Assembly: GCA_035351775.1 (NCBI GenBank)
Contig: DAOPWT010000001.1
Location: forward strand, 1 to 51,982
From: Bacillota bacterium
Lineage (GTDB): Bacteria > Bacillota > DTU025
Direction of reading: 5' to 3'
DNA length: 51,982 nucleotides
Shown piece by piece: positions 25,921-37,000 of the stretch. The translations under genes were made by a program, and so were the position numbers. Each line of letters begins with the position of its first letter. Position 1 is the first letter of the stretch. Under the pieces are notes generated by a model, which did no database searches, was not told the DNA's origin, and saw only the letters and a list, made by a program, of their open reading frames with translations.

Positions 25921-27336
25921 CTACTGAACATCATCTGTAGTCACGAGATCCGCCGCTGAGCCGACAGCGGGCCGCCGTGACACAATGGCCTTCTGCTTCC
26001 ATCGACCCCTCCGATAGTAAGCGTAGCTTAGAAGCAGGCCCACGAACGGGCCGCTGGCCATGGCCATCCATACGCCCTCTACCCCCAGCGAAGTGCGAGC
26101 CAGCACCCGCACGAGGGGAACTCGAACAAGCCACAGAGAACCGAGAGTGATGAAGAACGTGGGCAGCGTGTCGCCTGCCCCTCTAAGCACACCCGTAAGT
26201 GCGAACATCGCGGCGAATGGGACAAAGCCAAGGCTGATCCAGCGCAGGTAGACAGTGCCCGCCGCAAGCACTTCGGGATCCTTTGTGAACAAAGACAGTA
26301 CGGCCGTCGGGAATGCCTGAACGGCCAGGGTAAGTGCCCCTGTTATCGAACACGTCAGAAACATCCCCCACTTGACCACGTCCGACACGCGCTCCTCCTG
26401 CCCGGCCCCCAAGTTCTGCCCAACCAGGGCGGTGACAGCCAGCCCAACGCTGAAGGCCGGTAAATGAGCGAACTGCTCAAGCCGCGATCCGACGCCTGAA
26501 CCCGCTACCACCACACTGCCGAACTGGTTCACTGTGGACATGATAACCATCATGCCCAAAGAGACCAGAGTCTGCTGAGCTCCGGCAGGCAGCCCGATCT
26601 TCACTGTAAGCTTGGTTAGGTTCCAGTCCAGGCTTGCCAGGTCCCGAAGGCGAGTGCCGATCTTGAGCCGCCCAACCATGTACGCAAGCGCCAGGGCGGC
26701 CGCAAAGACCTGGGAGAGCACAGTAGCCCAGGCGGCGCCGGCCACCTCCATCCTGGGAATGGGCCCGAGGCCGAAGATCATGATGGGATCAAGGACGATG
26801 TTCATGACCGTCGCATACGTGAGGAATCGCAGCGGCGACCGCGAGTCGCCAAGGCCACGGAGGATCGAGCTGGCCACGTTGTAGATGAAGCTCGGCGCGA
26901 ATCCCAGTGTGTACACGCCAAGGTAGCTGGCGGCGGCCCCGATTATGTCCTCAGGCGCCCGCAACAGGCGCAAGAGCGGCCAGCGCAGCAGGTAACCGAT
27001 GGCCGCCATTACCACGCCCATAATGGTCAGAAGAGTGAGGCCATTGGATATGGCCGCAGACACCATGTCATGCCGTTTCGCTCCATAGTACTGCGATACC
27101 AAAGTGGTAGTCGCCATGGTCAGCCCTGTAACCAGGGCAATGAGGCCAAATATGATCGGAAAGCCCACTGAGACAGATGCCAACGCCTGTGGGCCCAGAA
27201 ATCTCCCCACCCATATGCTATCGACAGTGTTGTATGCAGCTTGCAGCAGGTTTCCGATGAACATCGGAGTGGCGAAAGCAATTAGGTGCTTTGGTATGCT
27301 TCCTGTCGTGAAATCAGTAGTACGTACGTGCTCCAT
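25921..27336 (-). CDS. MATE family efflux transporter
   Basis: 471 aa, about 12 TM. The N-terminus IPKHLIAFATPMFIGNLLQAAYNTVDSIWVGRFLG is typical of MATE. Confidence 0.85.
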   Translation of the reverse strand: MEHVRTTDFTTGSIPKHLIAFATPMFIGNLLQAAYNTVDSIWVGRFLGPQALASVSVGFPIIFGLIALVTGLTMATTTLVSQYYGAKRHDMVSAAISNGLTLLTIMGVVMAAIGYLLRWPLLRLLRAPEDIIGAAASYLGVYTLGFAPSFIYNVASSILRGLGDSRSPLRFLTYATVMNIVLDPIMIFGLGPIPRMEVAGAAWATVLSQVFAAALALAYMVGRLKIGTRLRDLASLDWNLTKLTVKIGLPAGAQQTLVSLGMMVIMSTVNQFGSVVVAGSGVGSRLEQFAHLPAFSVGLAVTALVGQNLGAGQEERVSDVVKWGMFLTCSITGALTLAVQAFPTAVLSLFTKDPEVLAAGTVYLRWISLGFVPFAAMFALTGVLRGAGDTLPTFFITLGSLWLVRVPLVRVLARTSLGVEGVWMAMASGPFVGLLLSYAYYRRGRWKQKAIVSRRPAVGSAADLVTTDDVQ

Positions 27337-27340
27337 AGTC

Positions 27341-29017
27341 CTATACGCCAGCCTCCCGTCTGTCTCGCGCCTTGTCCCCTACTCTGGGGCTCTTCTTCCC
27401 CATTACCGCGTCAGCCAGGTTCACAGCCAGGTCGCCTACGCGTTCCAAGCTGTTCATCGCCTCCACGAATATCACGCCCGCCGGCGGCATACACGTCCCC
27501 TCATTCAGCCGTGAGATGTGATTGGCTCGAAGCGTATCGGTGGCTTCATCAAGGCGGCTGTGAATAGCATACACTTGCCCGGCGGCTCTTGCGCTCCCGT
27601 CGCGCAGGGCCTCTATTCCGTACTGCAAGATCGAGTCGGCCAGGTCGAACACTTCGTGCAGTTCCTGAATGGCGGTGTCCGAGAAGATCACTCTCGTATC
27701 GGATTTTTCGTGCGCGTAGTTCATCAGCTGCTCTGCTACGTCTCCAATCCTCTCCACGTCGCCCACAGCGTGCATCAGCCCAGCCAGTCGCACCGACTGC
27801 GTTTCATTCACGGACGTCTTCGCCACCATGTCCGACAGGTACAGAACCACCTGGCGGTTCAAGCTGTCAATCAGCTCTTCTCTGGAGGTGAGTTCCGCGC
27901 CGATCTGCGGCGTGAACCCTTCGGTCAGCGACTTGCGTGATCGAGCCAGCATGCCCTGGACAATGTTGGCCATGCGTACCGTCTCCTGATTGGCAAGGTC
28001 CAGCGCGATGCCGGGAGTACCGAGCATACGGCGATCAAGGTACTTAGGCCCTGCCTCCTCCACAATGTCTTCGCCGGGAACCAGCCTGGTGGCAACCTTC
28101 TCGAGAAACCCCGTCCCGGGCAGCCACACTACGGTGTTAAGCACATTGAACATGGTGTGCGCATTGGCTATCTGCCGGGCGATGCCGCCCACAGGCGACA
28201 CGGCGGTGACAAGCCACGCAAAAGGAATACGCAAGATCATGAAGATCACAGCGCCGAAAAGATTGAACAGCAAGTGCACCATGGCCGTCCGTCTCGCAGT
28301 GTGATTCGTGCCTATGCTCGCCAAGAGGGCCGTGATACATGTTCCGATGTTGTCACCCAGCAATATCGGTATGGCGACCTCGATGGTGATCAGATCAGGC
28401 GACGCAATAGCTACGGCCAGAAGCATGCCTATGGTCGCCGCGCTGCTCTGGATGACCAGAGTCATCACAAGCCCTGTGAGCAGGGCCAAAACCGGATTGG
28501 CCCCAAGGGTGCGCATGGCCCTTGCAAAGACGGCGCTTCCCCTTAAGGGAGCCACAGCACCAGACATCGTCGTGAGCCCGAGGAACAGAATCCCGAATCC
28601 CAAAATGACCTGGCCCACACTTCTCCATACTTTCCTGCGGGCTAGCATGGTCATCCCAAACCCGATGCCTATTGCAGGATATGCGTAGTCGGCCAGGTTG
28701 AACGCGATCAGCTGAGCCGTGACCGTAGTTCCGATGTTGGCCCCCATAATGACACCGATAGTCTGCCTCAGTGTCATCAGTCCCGCGTTGACAAAGCTGA
28801 CAAGCATGACCGTGGTGGCGCTGCTGCTCTGCATCACGGCCGTCACTATAGCGCCCACGATTACGCCTTTCAGCGGCGTAGACGTAAGCACCTCCAGCAC
28901 TTGCTTCATCTTCTCGCCCGCGGCGCGTCGCAGTCCGTCGCCGGTCAAAGTCATGCCATACAGAAACAGGCCCAATCCGCCGATCATGCCAAAAGCCATA
29001 GCAGTAGTACTGCTCAT
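27341..29017 (-). CDS. Na/Pi cotransporter family protein with a PhoU-like C-terminal domain
   Basis: Repeated GANIGTTVTA and GDNIGTCITA motifs in the membrane domain. The C-terminal half is soluble and helical. Confidence 0.85.
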   Translation of the reverse strand: MSSTTAMAFGMIGGLGLFLYGMTLTGDGLRRAAGEKMKQVLEVLTSTPLKGVIVGAIVTAVMQSSSATTVMLVSFVNAGLMTLRQTIGVIMGANIGTTVTAQLIAFNLADYAYPAIGIGFGMTMLARRKVWRSVGQVILGFGILFLGLTTMSGAVAPLRGSAVFARAMRTLGANPVLALLTGLVMTLVIQSSAATIGMLLAVAIASPDLITIEVAIPILLGDNIGTCITALLASIGTNHTARRTAMVHLLFNLFGAVIFMILRIPFAWLVTAVSPVGGIARQIANAHTMFNVLNTVVWLPGTGFLEKVATRLVPGEDIVEEAGPKYLDRRMLGTPGIALDLANQETVRMANIVQGMLARSRKSLTEGFTPQIGAELTSREELIDSLNRQVVLYLSDMVAKTSVNETQSVRLAGLMHAVGDVERIGDVAEQLMNYAHEKSDTRVIFSDTAIQELHEVFDLADSILQYGIEALRDGSARAAGQVYAIHSRLDEATDTLRANHISRLNEGTCMPPAGVIFVEAMNSLERVGDLAVNLADAVMGKKSPRVGDKARDRREAGV

Positions 29018-29026
29018 GCTGTCAGA

Positions 29027-30301
29027 TCACTCCTGGACTTTGCTCACAAACAACTGCACCAATTTGGGGTCGAACTGTGTCCCGGCATTCCGCTTCAGTT
29101 CCTCGCGGGCGGCTTCGCTCGTCATCGCGGCTCTGTACACTCTCTCGCTGGTCATGGCGTCGTATGCATCGCACACAGCAAGAATGCGCCCCCAGAGCGA
29201 TATATCGTCGCCCTTCCTGCCACACGGGTATCCAGTTCCATCATACCTCTCGTGGTGATCGAGTATAGCCCGGTAGTCACGGTCATTGTATATCTTGTCC
29301 ATGCCACGAATGAGTTCCGCGCCCCACCCCGGATGTTTTTTCACCTCGGCGAATTCGCTCTGGGTCAGCTCTCCGGGCTTGGTTAGGATCTCCTGAGGTA
29401 TGTTGACCTTACCCAGATCGTGCAGCCTCGCGATGTATGCTATCCTCTCAACATCGTTCCTCGACAGGTTACACGCCTCTGCAAGCCGGCTGGCCAGCTG
29501 TGAGACGCGTTCGGAGTGTCCGGCGGTATAGTGGTCCTTAGAGTCAATGATCTGCGCCAGCGCGCAGTTGATCTGCTCCGCATTCTCCTTCTGGATCAGC
29601 GCGCGCTGGGTGTAGTTCTTGTTCGAGATGAAAAACACCTCGGCAAGGGCGAACGCCACCAGGCCTCCATACTCGTACACGGCCGCGGCCATGAGGCCCA
29701 TCATCACTGATGGCAACGTCGAACTGATCGAACCCAGCACAATCGATGGGTCGATTCTGAGCCGCAGCACTGGCTTTGAGAGGAGTATCTGGAAGTTCAC
29801 GATGAGCCCCGAGACTATCACCCACACCAGGCCCAGCACAACCGCTGCAACAGCGAATCGCGGATCGCCGAGCGCCAAACTCCGCCCTGGCCATATGGCG
29901 TGGAAGGCGAACCAGGCGGATATTGCGCACAGCCCCGTGATCGCCCTGTTCAGCGCCAGCTTGAGCGCTGTCAGATATGGAGGGTTATTCTCGCGGATTA
30001 TCCTGAACTCCTGAACGCTGAGGCTGCCCAGCATCGCGAGGATCGCCGAAGTGCCTGCATCGTACTTGATGATGCATACCATCATCACGGGAAGCATCAT
30101 CACAACTACGGTCGTGCGCAAAACGATGACCGACAGCGACGATGCCCAAAGTAGCGAGACGAACATGATGGCCGACGCGAGCGGGACCTCCCAGCGAACC
30201 GTATGCGCGACGGCCAGAGCGGCAGCCAGGATCACGGCCAAAGCGTATGCATCGTGTAGTGCGTGTCGATCGCGTGGCACAAGTTCTACCCCCATTCCCA
30301 T
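29027..30301 (-). CDS. Membrane-anchored HD-GYP domain phosphodiesterase (c-di-GMP signalling)
   Basis: The N-terminal ~220 aa are polytopic (about 7 TM). The C-terminus carries HYTAGHSERV, LHDLGK and HHERYDGTGYP (HD..GYP). Confidence 0.85.
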   Translation of the reverse strand: MGMGVELVPRDRHALHDAYALAVILAAALAVAHTVRWEVPLASAIMFVSLLWASSLSVIVLRTTVVVMMLPVMMVCIIKYDAGTSAILAMLGSLSVQEFRIIRENNPPYLTALKLALNRAITGLCAISAWFAFHAIWPGRSLALGDPRFAVAAVVLGLVWVIVSGLIVNFQILLSKPVLRLRIDPSIVLGSISSTLPSVMMGLMAAAVYEYGGLVAFALAEVFFISNKNYTQRALIQKENAEQINCALAQIIDSKDHYTAGHSERVSQLASRLAEACNLSRNDVERIAYIARLHDLGKVNIPQEILTKPGELTQSEFAEVKKHPGWGAELIRGMDKIYNDRDYRAILDHHERYDGTGYPCGRKGDDISLWGRILAVCDAYDAMTSERVYRAAMTSEAAREELKRNAGTQFDPKLVQLFVSKVQE

Positions 30302-30391
30302 ACGGGCCGCAAGGCCTGTATGCGGCGCCCAAAGAAAGGCCCGTCGCAGCGGGTTAGCATCGCTTGCGGAATGCGCGCGGGCTGCCCGCGA

Positions 30392-30484
30392 CTACCTGAC
30401 CAAGAACGTGTCGGCGAAAGCCACGACCGACATCAGCAGGGTCATTATGGCCGCTACAAACCCGGCCAAAGCGAATTTCTTCAC
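30392..30484 (-). CDS. Unannotated 30-codon ORF encoding a signal-peptide/TM-like peptide (VKKFALAGFVAAIMTLLMSVVAFADTFLVR)
   Basis: GTG start 8 nt after GGAGG (GGGGAGGTGAAGCGT-GTG). KK N-terminus, hydrophobic core and an AFA-D cleavage-like site. It lies in the 313-bp gap between the 216-aa unknown gene and the HD-GYP gene. It falls below the ORF-track length cutoff. Confidence 0.35.
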   Translation of the reverse strand: MKKFALAGFVAAIMTLLMSVVAFADTFLVR

Positions 30485-30614
30485 ACGCTTCACCTCCCCA
30501 TGTAATTGCGCTGCTTGGGAGGCTCAGCTCATCTTCCGCTCTCATCTCGTTCGCTGCGACGGGAATAATCACACCGTGAGGCCCTAAGCTATGCTCCGCT
30601 ATCCTGGCGCGCTG

Positions 30615-31265
30615 TCACTGGGTCGCCAGGCGTTGCAGTTGGCGGTTGAGGGCCTGCAAGACTGAGCGTGCCACGGATGTTGGCACATCGTCTTTCCTGT
30701 AGGCCGCCCCTATGTACCTAGTTCGTTGGCCTGTGGATACATCAGTGACGGTGATCTCAGAGACCACTCGATCGCCTGACAGCTCGCAACTGGCCTGAAG
30801 ACGATACCCATTGCCCATCATGGACTCCAGCGCATTCACTGTGGCGATCTTGACTATGTCGTGTATGCAGTCACCATCGGAGCATCCCGAAGCCTTGCCC
30901 ACATGCGACTGCCCCATATAGTCAAGATGGATCTCGGCGGTAACAGTGCGCGATGGGCCGTATTCCAGAGAAATTCGGCTGAGCACAGGTCGCGACCCGG
31001 AGCATTGCCCAACGCCCTCCTCGGCCATGCTCACCTGCGCTATGCTCACTTTGCGGTAGTCGACGCGCTCCCCCACATCCAGCAGGTAGATGGTCTCGAT
31101 ATCCTTCTTCATCCGCTTGATCTCGTCTTGATCAAGGTGGCCGGAGACCATCACGTGGATCTCATCGTCATCGGCTCCCTGTACGATTCTGGCCCGGACC
31201 ACCCCGGGCAGCTGGCACAAGTGCTCCTCGGCTCGAGAGAGCTTGGCTCCCCGTTCACCGCCCAT
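30615..31265 (-). CDS. Hypothetical protein, possibly with two dsRBD-like alpha/beta modules
   Basis: ATG 31265 lies 7 nt after GGAGGTGGG, so the longer TTG-31346 version is less likely. Two segments (..TAEIHLDYMGQSHVGKASGCS..IVKIATVNALESM and ..EITVTDVSTGQRTRYIGAAYRKDDVPTSVARSVLQALNRQL) show the beta-beta-G.G-helix A..AL pattern. No family was recognised with certainty. Confidence 0.5.
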   Translation of the reverse strand: MGGERGAKLSRAEEHLCQLPGVVRARIVQGADDDEIHVMVSGHLDQDEIKRMKKDIETIYLLDVGERVDYRKVSIAQVSMAEEGVGQCSGSRPVLSRISLEYGPSRTVTAEIHLDYMGQSHVGKASGCSDGDCIHDIVKIATVNALESMMGNGYRLQASCELSGDRVVSEITVTDVSTGQRTRYIGAAYRKDDVPTSVARSVLQALNRQLQRLATQ

Positions 31266-31408
31266 CAGCCCACCTCCGATCATCCATGCCAGGCGCTGCG
31301 AAGCATTCCGAAAGACAATTCTACTCACTACCGAGAATCCCTTCAAATCTGTCAGGCCCCTAAGGTATAATTGATCTTACTTGCGCTGCGATCGGGGAGA
31401 TGCCGGAC

Positions 31409-32329
31409 ATGTCAGTGAAATCTAGCTCAAGGACCATATCGGTGGCGGCCATGGTCTTCACGACTACCATGTGGGGCCTCTCTTTCATCAGCACTAAGGT
31501 GCTCCTTCGACGCCTGGCCCCTATCCAGGTAGCGTTTCTTCGCCACGCGATCGCGTCTGTGGCCATTTGGATCGCGGCGGCAGTTGCACGGCCTGATATC
31601 AGGGTCTCGTTGCGCGACCTTCCCACCATGCTGATTGCGGCCGTAGTGGGAATACCGATCTACTACTACTTCGAAAACACAGGTTTGCTGTATTTATCGG
31701 CTGCCACGGCATCGATTATCACAGCATCCACTCCCGCCATGACCGCCGCGATAGAGAGCATATTCTACCGCAGGCGCCTTCCACTCGCCGGATGGGCAGG
31801 CATACTCGTATCGGCAGGGGGAGTGGCTCTGGTTGTCCAGTCGGGCGCCGCACAGGCCGCCGCCGCGAGCGCCGCAGGCAGAAGTGACTTCCTGCTCGGG
31901 GCGTCCATGCTTTTGACGTCGTCGTTCGCGTGGTCGCTGTACACCATTTTCAACAGGCCGAACGTTGCATCCTATGGATCCCTAACAACAAACGCGTATC
32001 AGATAACATTCGCGACTGCGGTGCTGTATGTGGCCACATTGCGGAACGGCGTTCCGTGGCGCGAGGCATTGTCCACTCCAAAGGTTCTGCTCAACCTGGG
32101 CTATCTGGGCATCTTCTGTTCGGCTATGGGATACCTGCTGTACCTGTTTGCACTGCAGTCTTTGGGGCCTACGGTGGTGTCGGCATTCATCAACCTAGTG
32201 CCTGTGTTCGGCGTGGCAGGAAGCGCGCTCATCCTTGGCGAGCAGATCACACCGGTCCAGCTCGTTGGGGGAGCAATAGTCGTACTGGGAATATTCGCAG
32301 TTGAACGAATGCAAGGAGGCACGCAATGA
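31409..32329 (+). CDS. DMT superfamily (EamA-like) transporter
   Basis: About 10 TM with a duplicated EamA-like organisation. ATG 31409 has GGGGAG 9 nt upstream (ATG 31400 is too close to it). Confidence 0.8.
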   Translation: MSVKSSSRTISVAAMVFTTTMWGLSFISTKVLLRRLAPIQVAFLRHAIASVAIWIAAAVARPDIRVSLRDLPTMLIAAVVGIPIYYYFENTGLLYLSAATASIITASTPAMTAAIESIFYRRRLPLAGWAGILVSAGGVALVVQSGAAQAAAASAAGRSDFLLGASMLLTSSFAWSLYTIFNRPNVASYGSLTTNAYQITFATAVLYVATLRNGVPWREALSTPKVLLNLGYLGIFCSAMGYLLYLFALQSLGPTVVSAFINLVPVFGVAGSALILGEQITPVQLVGGAIVVLGIFAVERMQGGTQ

Positions 32330-33219
32330 AGAGATACACGTTGCTCGCATGCGACATTGACGGCACGCTTCTGAGAAGCGACGGCACAGCAAGCCCGCGC
32401 ACTCTGCAGGCGCTTCGCCTTGCCGAGGCGCACGGCGCCATGGTGGTCATTGCGACCGGAAGAAGGATCGCGTCGACCACACCTGTCGCACACCGGCTGG
32501 GCATTCACTCCCCTTGCATCGCTCATTGCGGCGCGGCGGTCTACGATCCATCGGACGAATCCATCCTGATGTCCAAACAGATACCGAGGCAGACCGCGCT
32601 TCTGGCATGTCGCATCGCCAGCGGCGTCGGCGCCGATGTGGCAGTCCATGAGTCCGTACATTCCGGAAGATCCATATTCGTCACTACGCCCAGGGAGCTA
32701 GAAGACGCGGCGGAGCATTGGCCATTCATGATGCCCTACTACCGGCTCGCAGACGACTTCGAACAGGCGTGCAGAACCGACCCGGTGCAGCTGTGCGTCA
32801 CGGCTGATACCCAGGCCATCCGGACCCTAACACAGCAACTGGCCTGCGATCTGCCGAAGTCACTGTCAGTCGTGGATTATGGAATAGTGGAGAACGGCAA
32901 GCACATGGTGGACGTATTCGCCTGGGGCGTTGACAAGGCCCTGGGACTCGCCTTCGTTGCCGACCTGTACGGCATCGCCCAGCCAGAGACGGCGGGTTTC
33001 GGTGACTCGGTGAACGATATTGAGTTGATACGCCATGCTGGACTGGGTGTGGCCATGGGCAACGCGCCCGACGATATCCGCCGTGTGGCGGACGTAGTAG
33101 CGCCGTCAAATGATGACGACGGAGTGGCTGCCGTCATAGAAGAGCTGGCAGCCGATGGATCGCTTGGGCACGGCGTCGCTCCGGGTGGCGCAATGCGAGC
33201 TAGTTCACGACTGCGTTGA
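32326..33219 (+). CDS. Cof-type HAD-IIB hydrolase
   Basis: LLACDIDGTLL (motif I) and GDSVNDIELI (motif IV). The ATGA overlap with the DMT stop suggests coupling. Confidence 0.85.
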   Translation: MKRYTLLACDIDGTLLRSDGTASPRTLQALRLAEAHGAMVVIATGRRIASTTPVAHRLGIHSPCIAHCGAAVYDPSDESILMSKQIPRQTALLACRIASGVGADVAVHESVHSGRSIFVTTPRELEDAAEHWPFMMPYYRLADDFEQACRTDPVQLCVTADTQAIRTLTQQLACDLPKSLSVVDYGIVENGKHMVDVFAWGVDKALGLAFVADLYGIAQPETAGFGDSVNDIELIRHAGLGVAMGNAPDDIRRVADVVAPSNDDDGVAAVIEELAADGSLGHGVAPGGAMRASSRLR

Positions 33220-34033
33220 CAGGTTCGTACAGGTCTTCTGAGACCAATACGCGTTGGCGTCCCCCATCAGGCGTCTGGGTTTCCGCCCAGACCCTCACTC
33301 GGTACCCGGGCGCGCCGGCGCTGGCCACGACGATGGCCCCAGGCAACGGCGGCGACTTGGCCCTGCCGGTGGGATCGGGGGGCGCCGCAGGCCTTGGAGC
33401 AATCACTTCGACAACCTCGGTGCACAGCCGCACCTCGGGCCCAGCGCTCTGCCCTTCAAGCCAAACGGACACACTGTCCACGCCCACCCGGGACCGCACA
33501 GTCACCGGAGACGGACGCACATTCACCCAGCGAAGATCCGCCGCCCCGTAGGACACGGTGGCATCCAGCCCTGCAGGGAGGTATGGCACGGGCCGCGAGT
33601 GTGGACGCCGCTCGGTGATCTCCATACCCGCAAGCAGCGCGGCATTATAGAGAGTCGAAGACAGCTGGCATATGCCGCCCGCGATGCCGGGCTCGCTCCG
33701 GCCGTCCCGAATGACTCTGGCCGGACCATAGCCGAGCTCGCTGCTGCGCTCGCCTACGGCCTCATTGAACGAGAACTCCTGCCCCGGCCCGACCATAGTC
33801 CCATCGAGCTTCTCTGCGGCGATCGCTATGTTATCGTTACGGCTTCGCTGGTCGGGGTTGAGCTCAGTTGTGCACCTACCGATCACGCAAGTGCCGTTTC
33901 CGGCAGCCAAGTCCGCGCTCGCCCCCGACCGAAAGCGAGCAGCAGGCGCAAGCCTCAGTGCAGCCATGACGGCGACCGCCGTCACCGCCATGGCTATCGC
34001 GACTATGCAGCGCGCGCGTCGCCCACACGACAC
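33200..34033 (-). CDS. VanW-family protein with an N-terminal membrane anchor
   Basis: EFSFNEAVGERS..GYGPA..GGICQLSSTLYNAALLAGMEITERRPHS is the VanW core. The N-terminus has a hydrophobic anchor IVAIAMAVTAVAVMAAL. Confidence 0.8.
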   Translation of the reverse strand: MSCGRRARCIVAIAMAVTAVAVMAALRLAPAARFRSGASADLAAGNGTCVIGRCTTELNPDQRSRNDNIAIAAEKLDGTMVGPGQEFSFNEAVGERSSELGYGPARVIRDGRSEPGIAGGICQLSSTLYNAALLAGMEITERRPHSRPVPYLPAGLDATVSYGAADLRWVNVRPSPVTVRSRVGVDSVSVWLEGQSAGPEVRLCTEVVEVIAPRPAAPPDPTGRAKSPPLPGAIVVASAGAPGYRVRVWAETQTPDGGRQRVLVSEDLYEPVNAVVN

Positions 34034-34065
34034 CCGCTCTCACCTCCGAACACCATGACTGTCGG

Positions 34066-37000
34066 CTACTTCGAGCCTGTTACCTTTATCGCCGAGCTGT
34101 TCCCATGGGCATGTAGCCCAGGGTAGTACATGGACCATGCCTCAGTGGGCATCACTCTGTACGAACCGGGCCTTTCCGGAACCAGAACATACTCGAACGT
34201 CTGGGTCTTGCCGGCCGGAATGCGAGTCGCAAACACTACCATCTTGCTGTCGCGAGCCTCGCTTCTGTCGTACCAGTAGTACCACGAATAGGCGTCCACA
34301 GATTCCTCGCATATCTCAAACCCCGACGGAACTGGGTCCTCAAAGGCCATGTACTCCAGGTCAGTCAGGGCGTGCACGGCAACACGCACAAGCACCTCCT
34401 GGCGGACGCCGATCTCGCCGTCGATGGGGGTCACAGAGTATTTCTGTCCCTTGACGGCTGGGGCATTCCGATCAATCCGGAAGTACTCACGGCTTATGAC
34501 GGCGCAGTCACCGCCGGCTTCTATGTGGTCCTGCGGCACGTACCAAGCTGCCCGCGCCGAGTAGAGAACCGCACCGCCTTGAGTTGTCACCAAGATCTGG
34601 TTGCGACCCGGCACGATGAGGTTTGGATCGATCACAATCGAAGTCGACGCGGATGCCTCTCCCGACGCCGAACCGCCGGCGCCGCCTCCCAACGTCAGGC
34701 TGGCCGTCTCCTTGCCGTTCACGCTGACGGCCACCTTGCGCTCCGCCGAAACGTCATCACCCGACTGGATCATGTACTCTACCAGGCCCAGCACGGCAGC
34801 AGCCGACTCGCGAGTTGAGCGCCACTGCGACCCGGTTCGCGCGGCAGCTAAATGGCGGGCGGCTTCCGGCACCAGCGGGTTGGCAGGGTCCACCCTAAGC
34901 AGTGCCATCATCGCCCACGCCGTGCTCTCCGCAGTCTCATTCCGCCACCAGTGCGCGGTATCTTGGGTTCGCCAGTATGCCTGCCCAGAGCTGCGTGTGG
35001 CCATAGCGCTCAGCCGCTCGGCCCCTGCGGCAGCCATGCTATCCTGGCCCGCACACGACGCCGCCAGGGTGATGTACGCGGTGGTGAGCGGGTCGGCCAC
35101 TGAGCTTAGGACTTGCGACTGCCTGCCGAACCGGACGAATCCATCAAGGGATGCGCCCTTCAGTCGGCCGTACTCCGCCAAGACGAACGAAGAAAATGCG
35201 TATTCCCTGGCGTTGGTGGTTCTGATGCGCGCCAGCGAACCGGCGAGATAGTCGAGAGCCCTGTCGATCACCGGAGCGCTTACATCAAACCCCGCTTCCT
35301 TGGCTCTGCCCAGCCCGAAGAGGACGTACGATGTCATCCACGGATCGCTTTGGTCGAATTCCCACCATCCAAAGCCGCCGTCATCATGCTGGTACTTGTA
35401 CAGCCTGGAAAGCCCTGAATCGACCATGCGCGCAAGCTCCGTCTGGCTGCGCGGCAGAGCTACACCGAGATGCGTGAACGCCCGATGGGCCACGACGTCC
35501 GGCATGAAAGCGCTCATCGTCTGCTCCACACAGCCGTAAGGGTAGTTCACAAGGAACTCCAGAGCCTGCTTCACCACGCCGGCGTAGCCCGGCGACACGT
35601 CTAGCTGCACGCGGGTAGCGCCTCGGAGAGCGTCCTCAGGCAAGTCGAATTCTAGCAACGCGCCGGATGAGTCGGTGGGACGCGTTTCGCCCGCCCATAC
35701 CTTCTCAGCCTCCTCACCGAACGGCAACACAGGCACTGTCATCTCCACCGCGTCTTTCAGGAACCAGGACCTTGCGGCCAGTGACAGTGTCACCTTCCCC
35801 ACCATACTCGGCTCGATCTCCCACTCCACTGAAGCTTGACCATGAGCCGGGACTGTTACGTACTGCTTGGCACGCCCCAAGATATCGGCGCCATCGGCCC
35901 GGAGCGTTACCGACACGCGTCGCGCTCGGCTGGTGTCATTGTGGACTACGCCAGCCACCATCGCCTTATCGCCCAGGGTGTAGTGCCTGGGAAGCCCGAG
36001 CCTGGCCGCGAGAGGCATGGTGACGACCACCTTCTGCTGTGCCTGCCCGACCATGGTTGAGCGCGCGTGCGCCCTCACCGTAGCTCTCCACGTAGTGAGC
36101 GAGTCAGGCATAGTGACGCGCACAACTGCGTGACCGTTGGCGTCAGTCACTATGGACGGGAACCATGCGGCAGTATCGGGGAAGTACTTTCGGGCGCTCT
36201 CAGCCCCGCCGTCCTTGTCGGCGCCGCCGTAGTAGGTCACAGGAAACGAGTTCTCGGTGCTGACTGACCTCTCACGGCGTCCATGGAAGAACTTGCCGAT
36301 GTCGGGGGTGGTATCGGGCCGAACAGCGTATATAGACTCGTCTACAAGGGCAAATGATATCTCGGCCTGCACTGCGTCGCCCTGAGCGTTCTTGGTCTTC
36401 ACAAGATACGTTGCCACCTCGCCGGGGCGATATGAAGTCTTGTTAGGCTGTACCTCCACGAACAGGGCCGTCTCTGGCGACGCAACCGAGATCTCCCGCG
36501 TGGCGGTCTGCATCACACGGGACGCCACTGCGGTGGCAGTCACATACGTGTTGGGGGCGTACTCCTCCACGATAGGCAGTTCCACCGTGGCTGATCCATT
36601 CTCCAGCTGCACCACTCGCACATGCCGAATCTCGCGATCCTCCACGGTAAGCAGCACTCTGGATGCATCTGCCGGTGCAGTGATGAGTACCTTGGCGGTC
36701 TCCCCCGCCTTGTAGCTGGACTTGTCGCATACTATCGTGACGTCATTGTGCCAGGTGGCCGAAAGCCGCCCTGCACTGCCCGATACCCAGATGTGGGCCT
36801 CGGCCACTATGCTGTTACCCCGCTCGTCTACGGCCTTGGCCGTCAGCACGTAGTCTCCTGCCTCAGCTGCCTCCAGCTCCACCGCGACTTCGCCGGAAGA
36901 CGGAGTCGTTACCGCACGACTCGCCACTGGCGTATCCGTATATCCCGTCTTGTCGTAAGTCCTTTTCATCATGACGAGCTCGAGTCTGCGGGATACGGCC

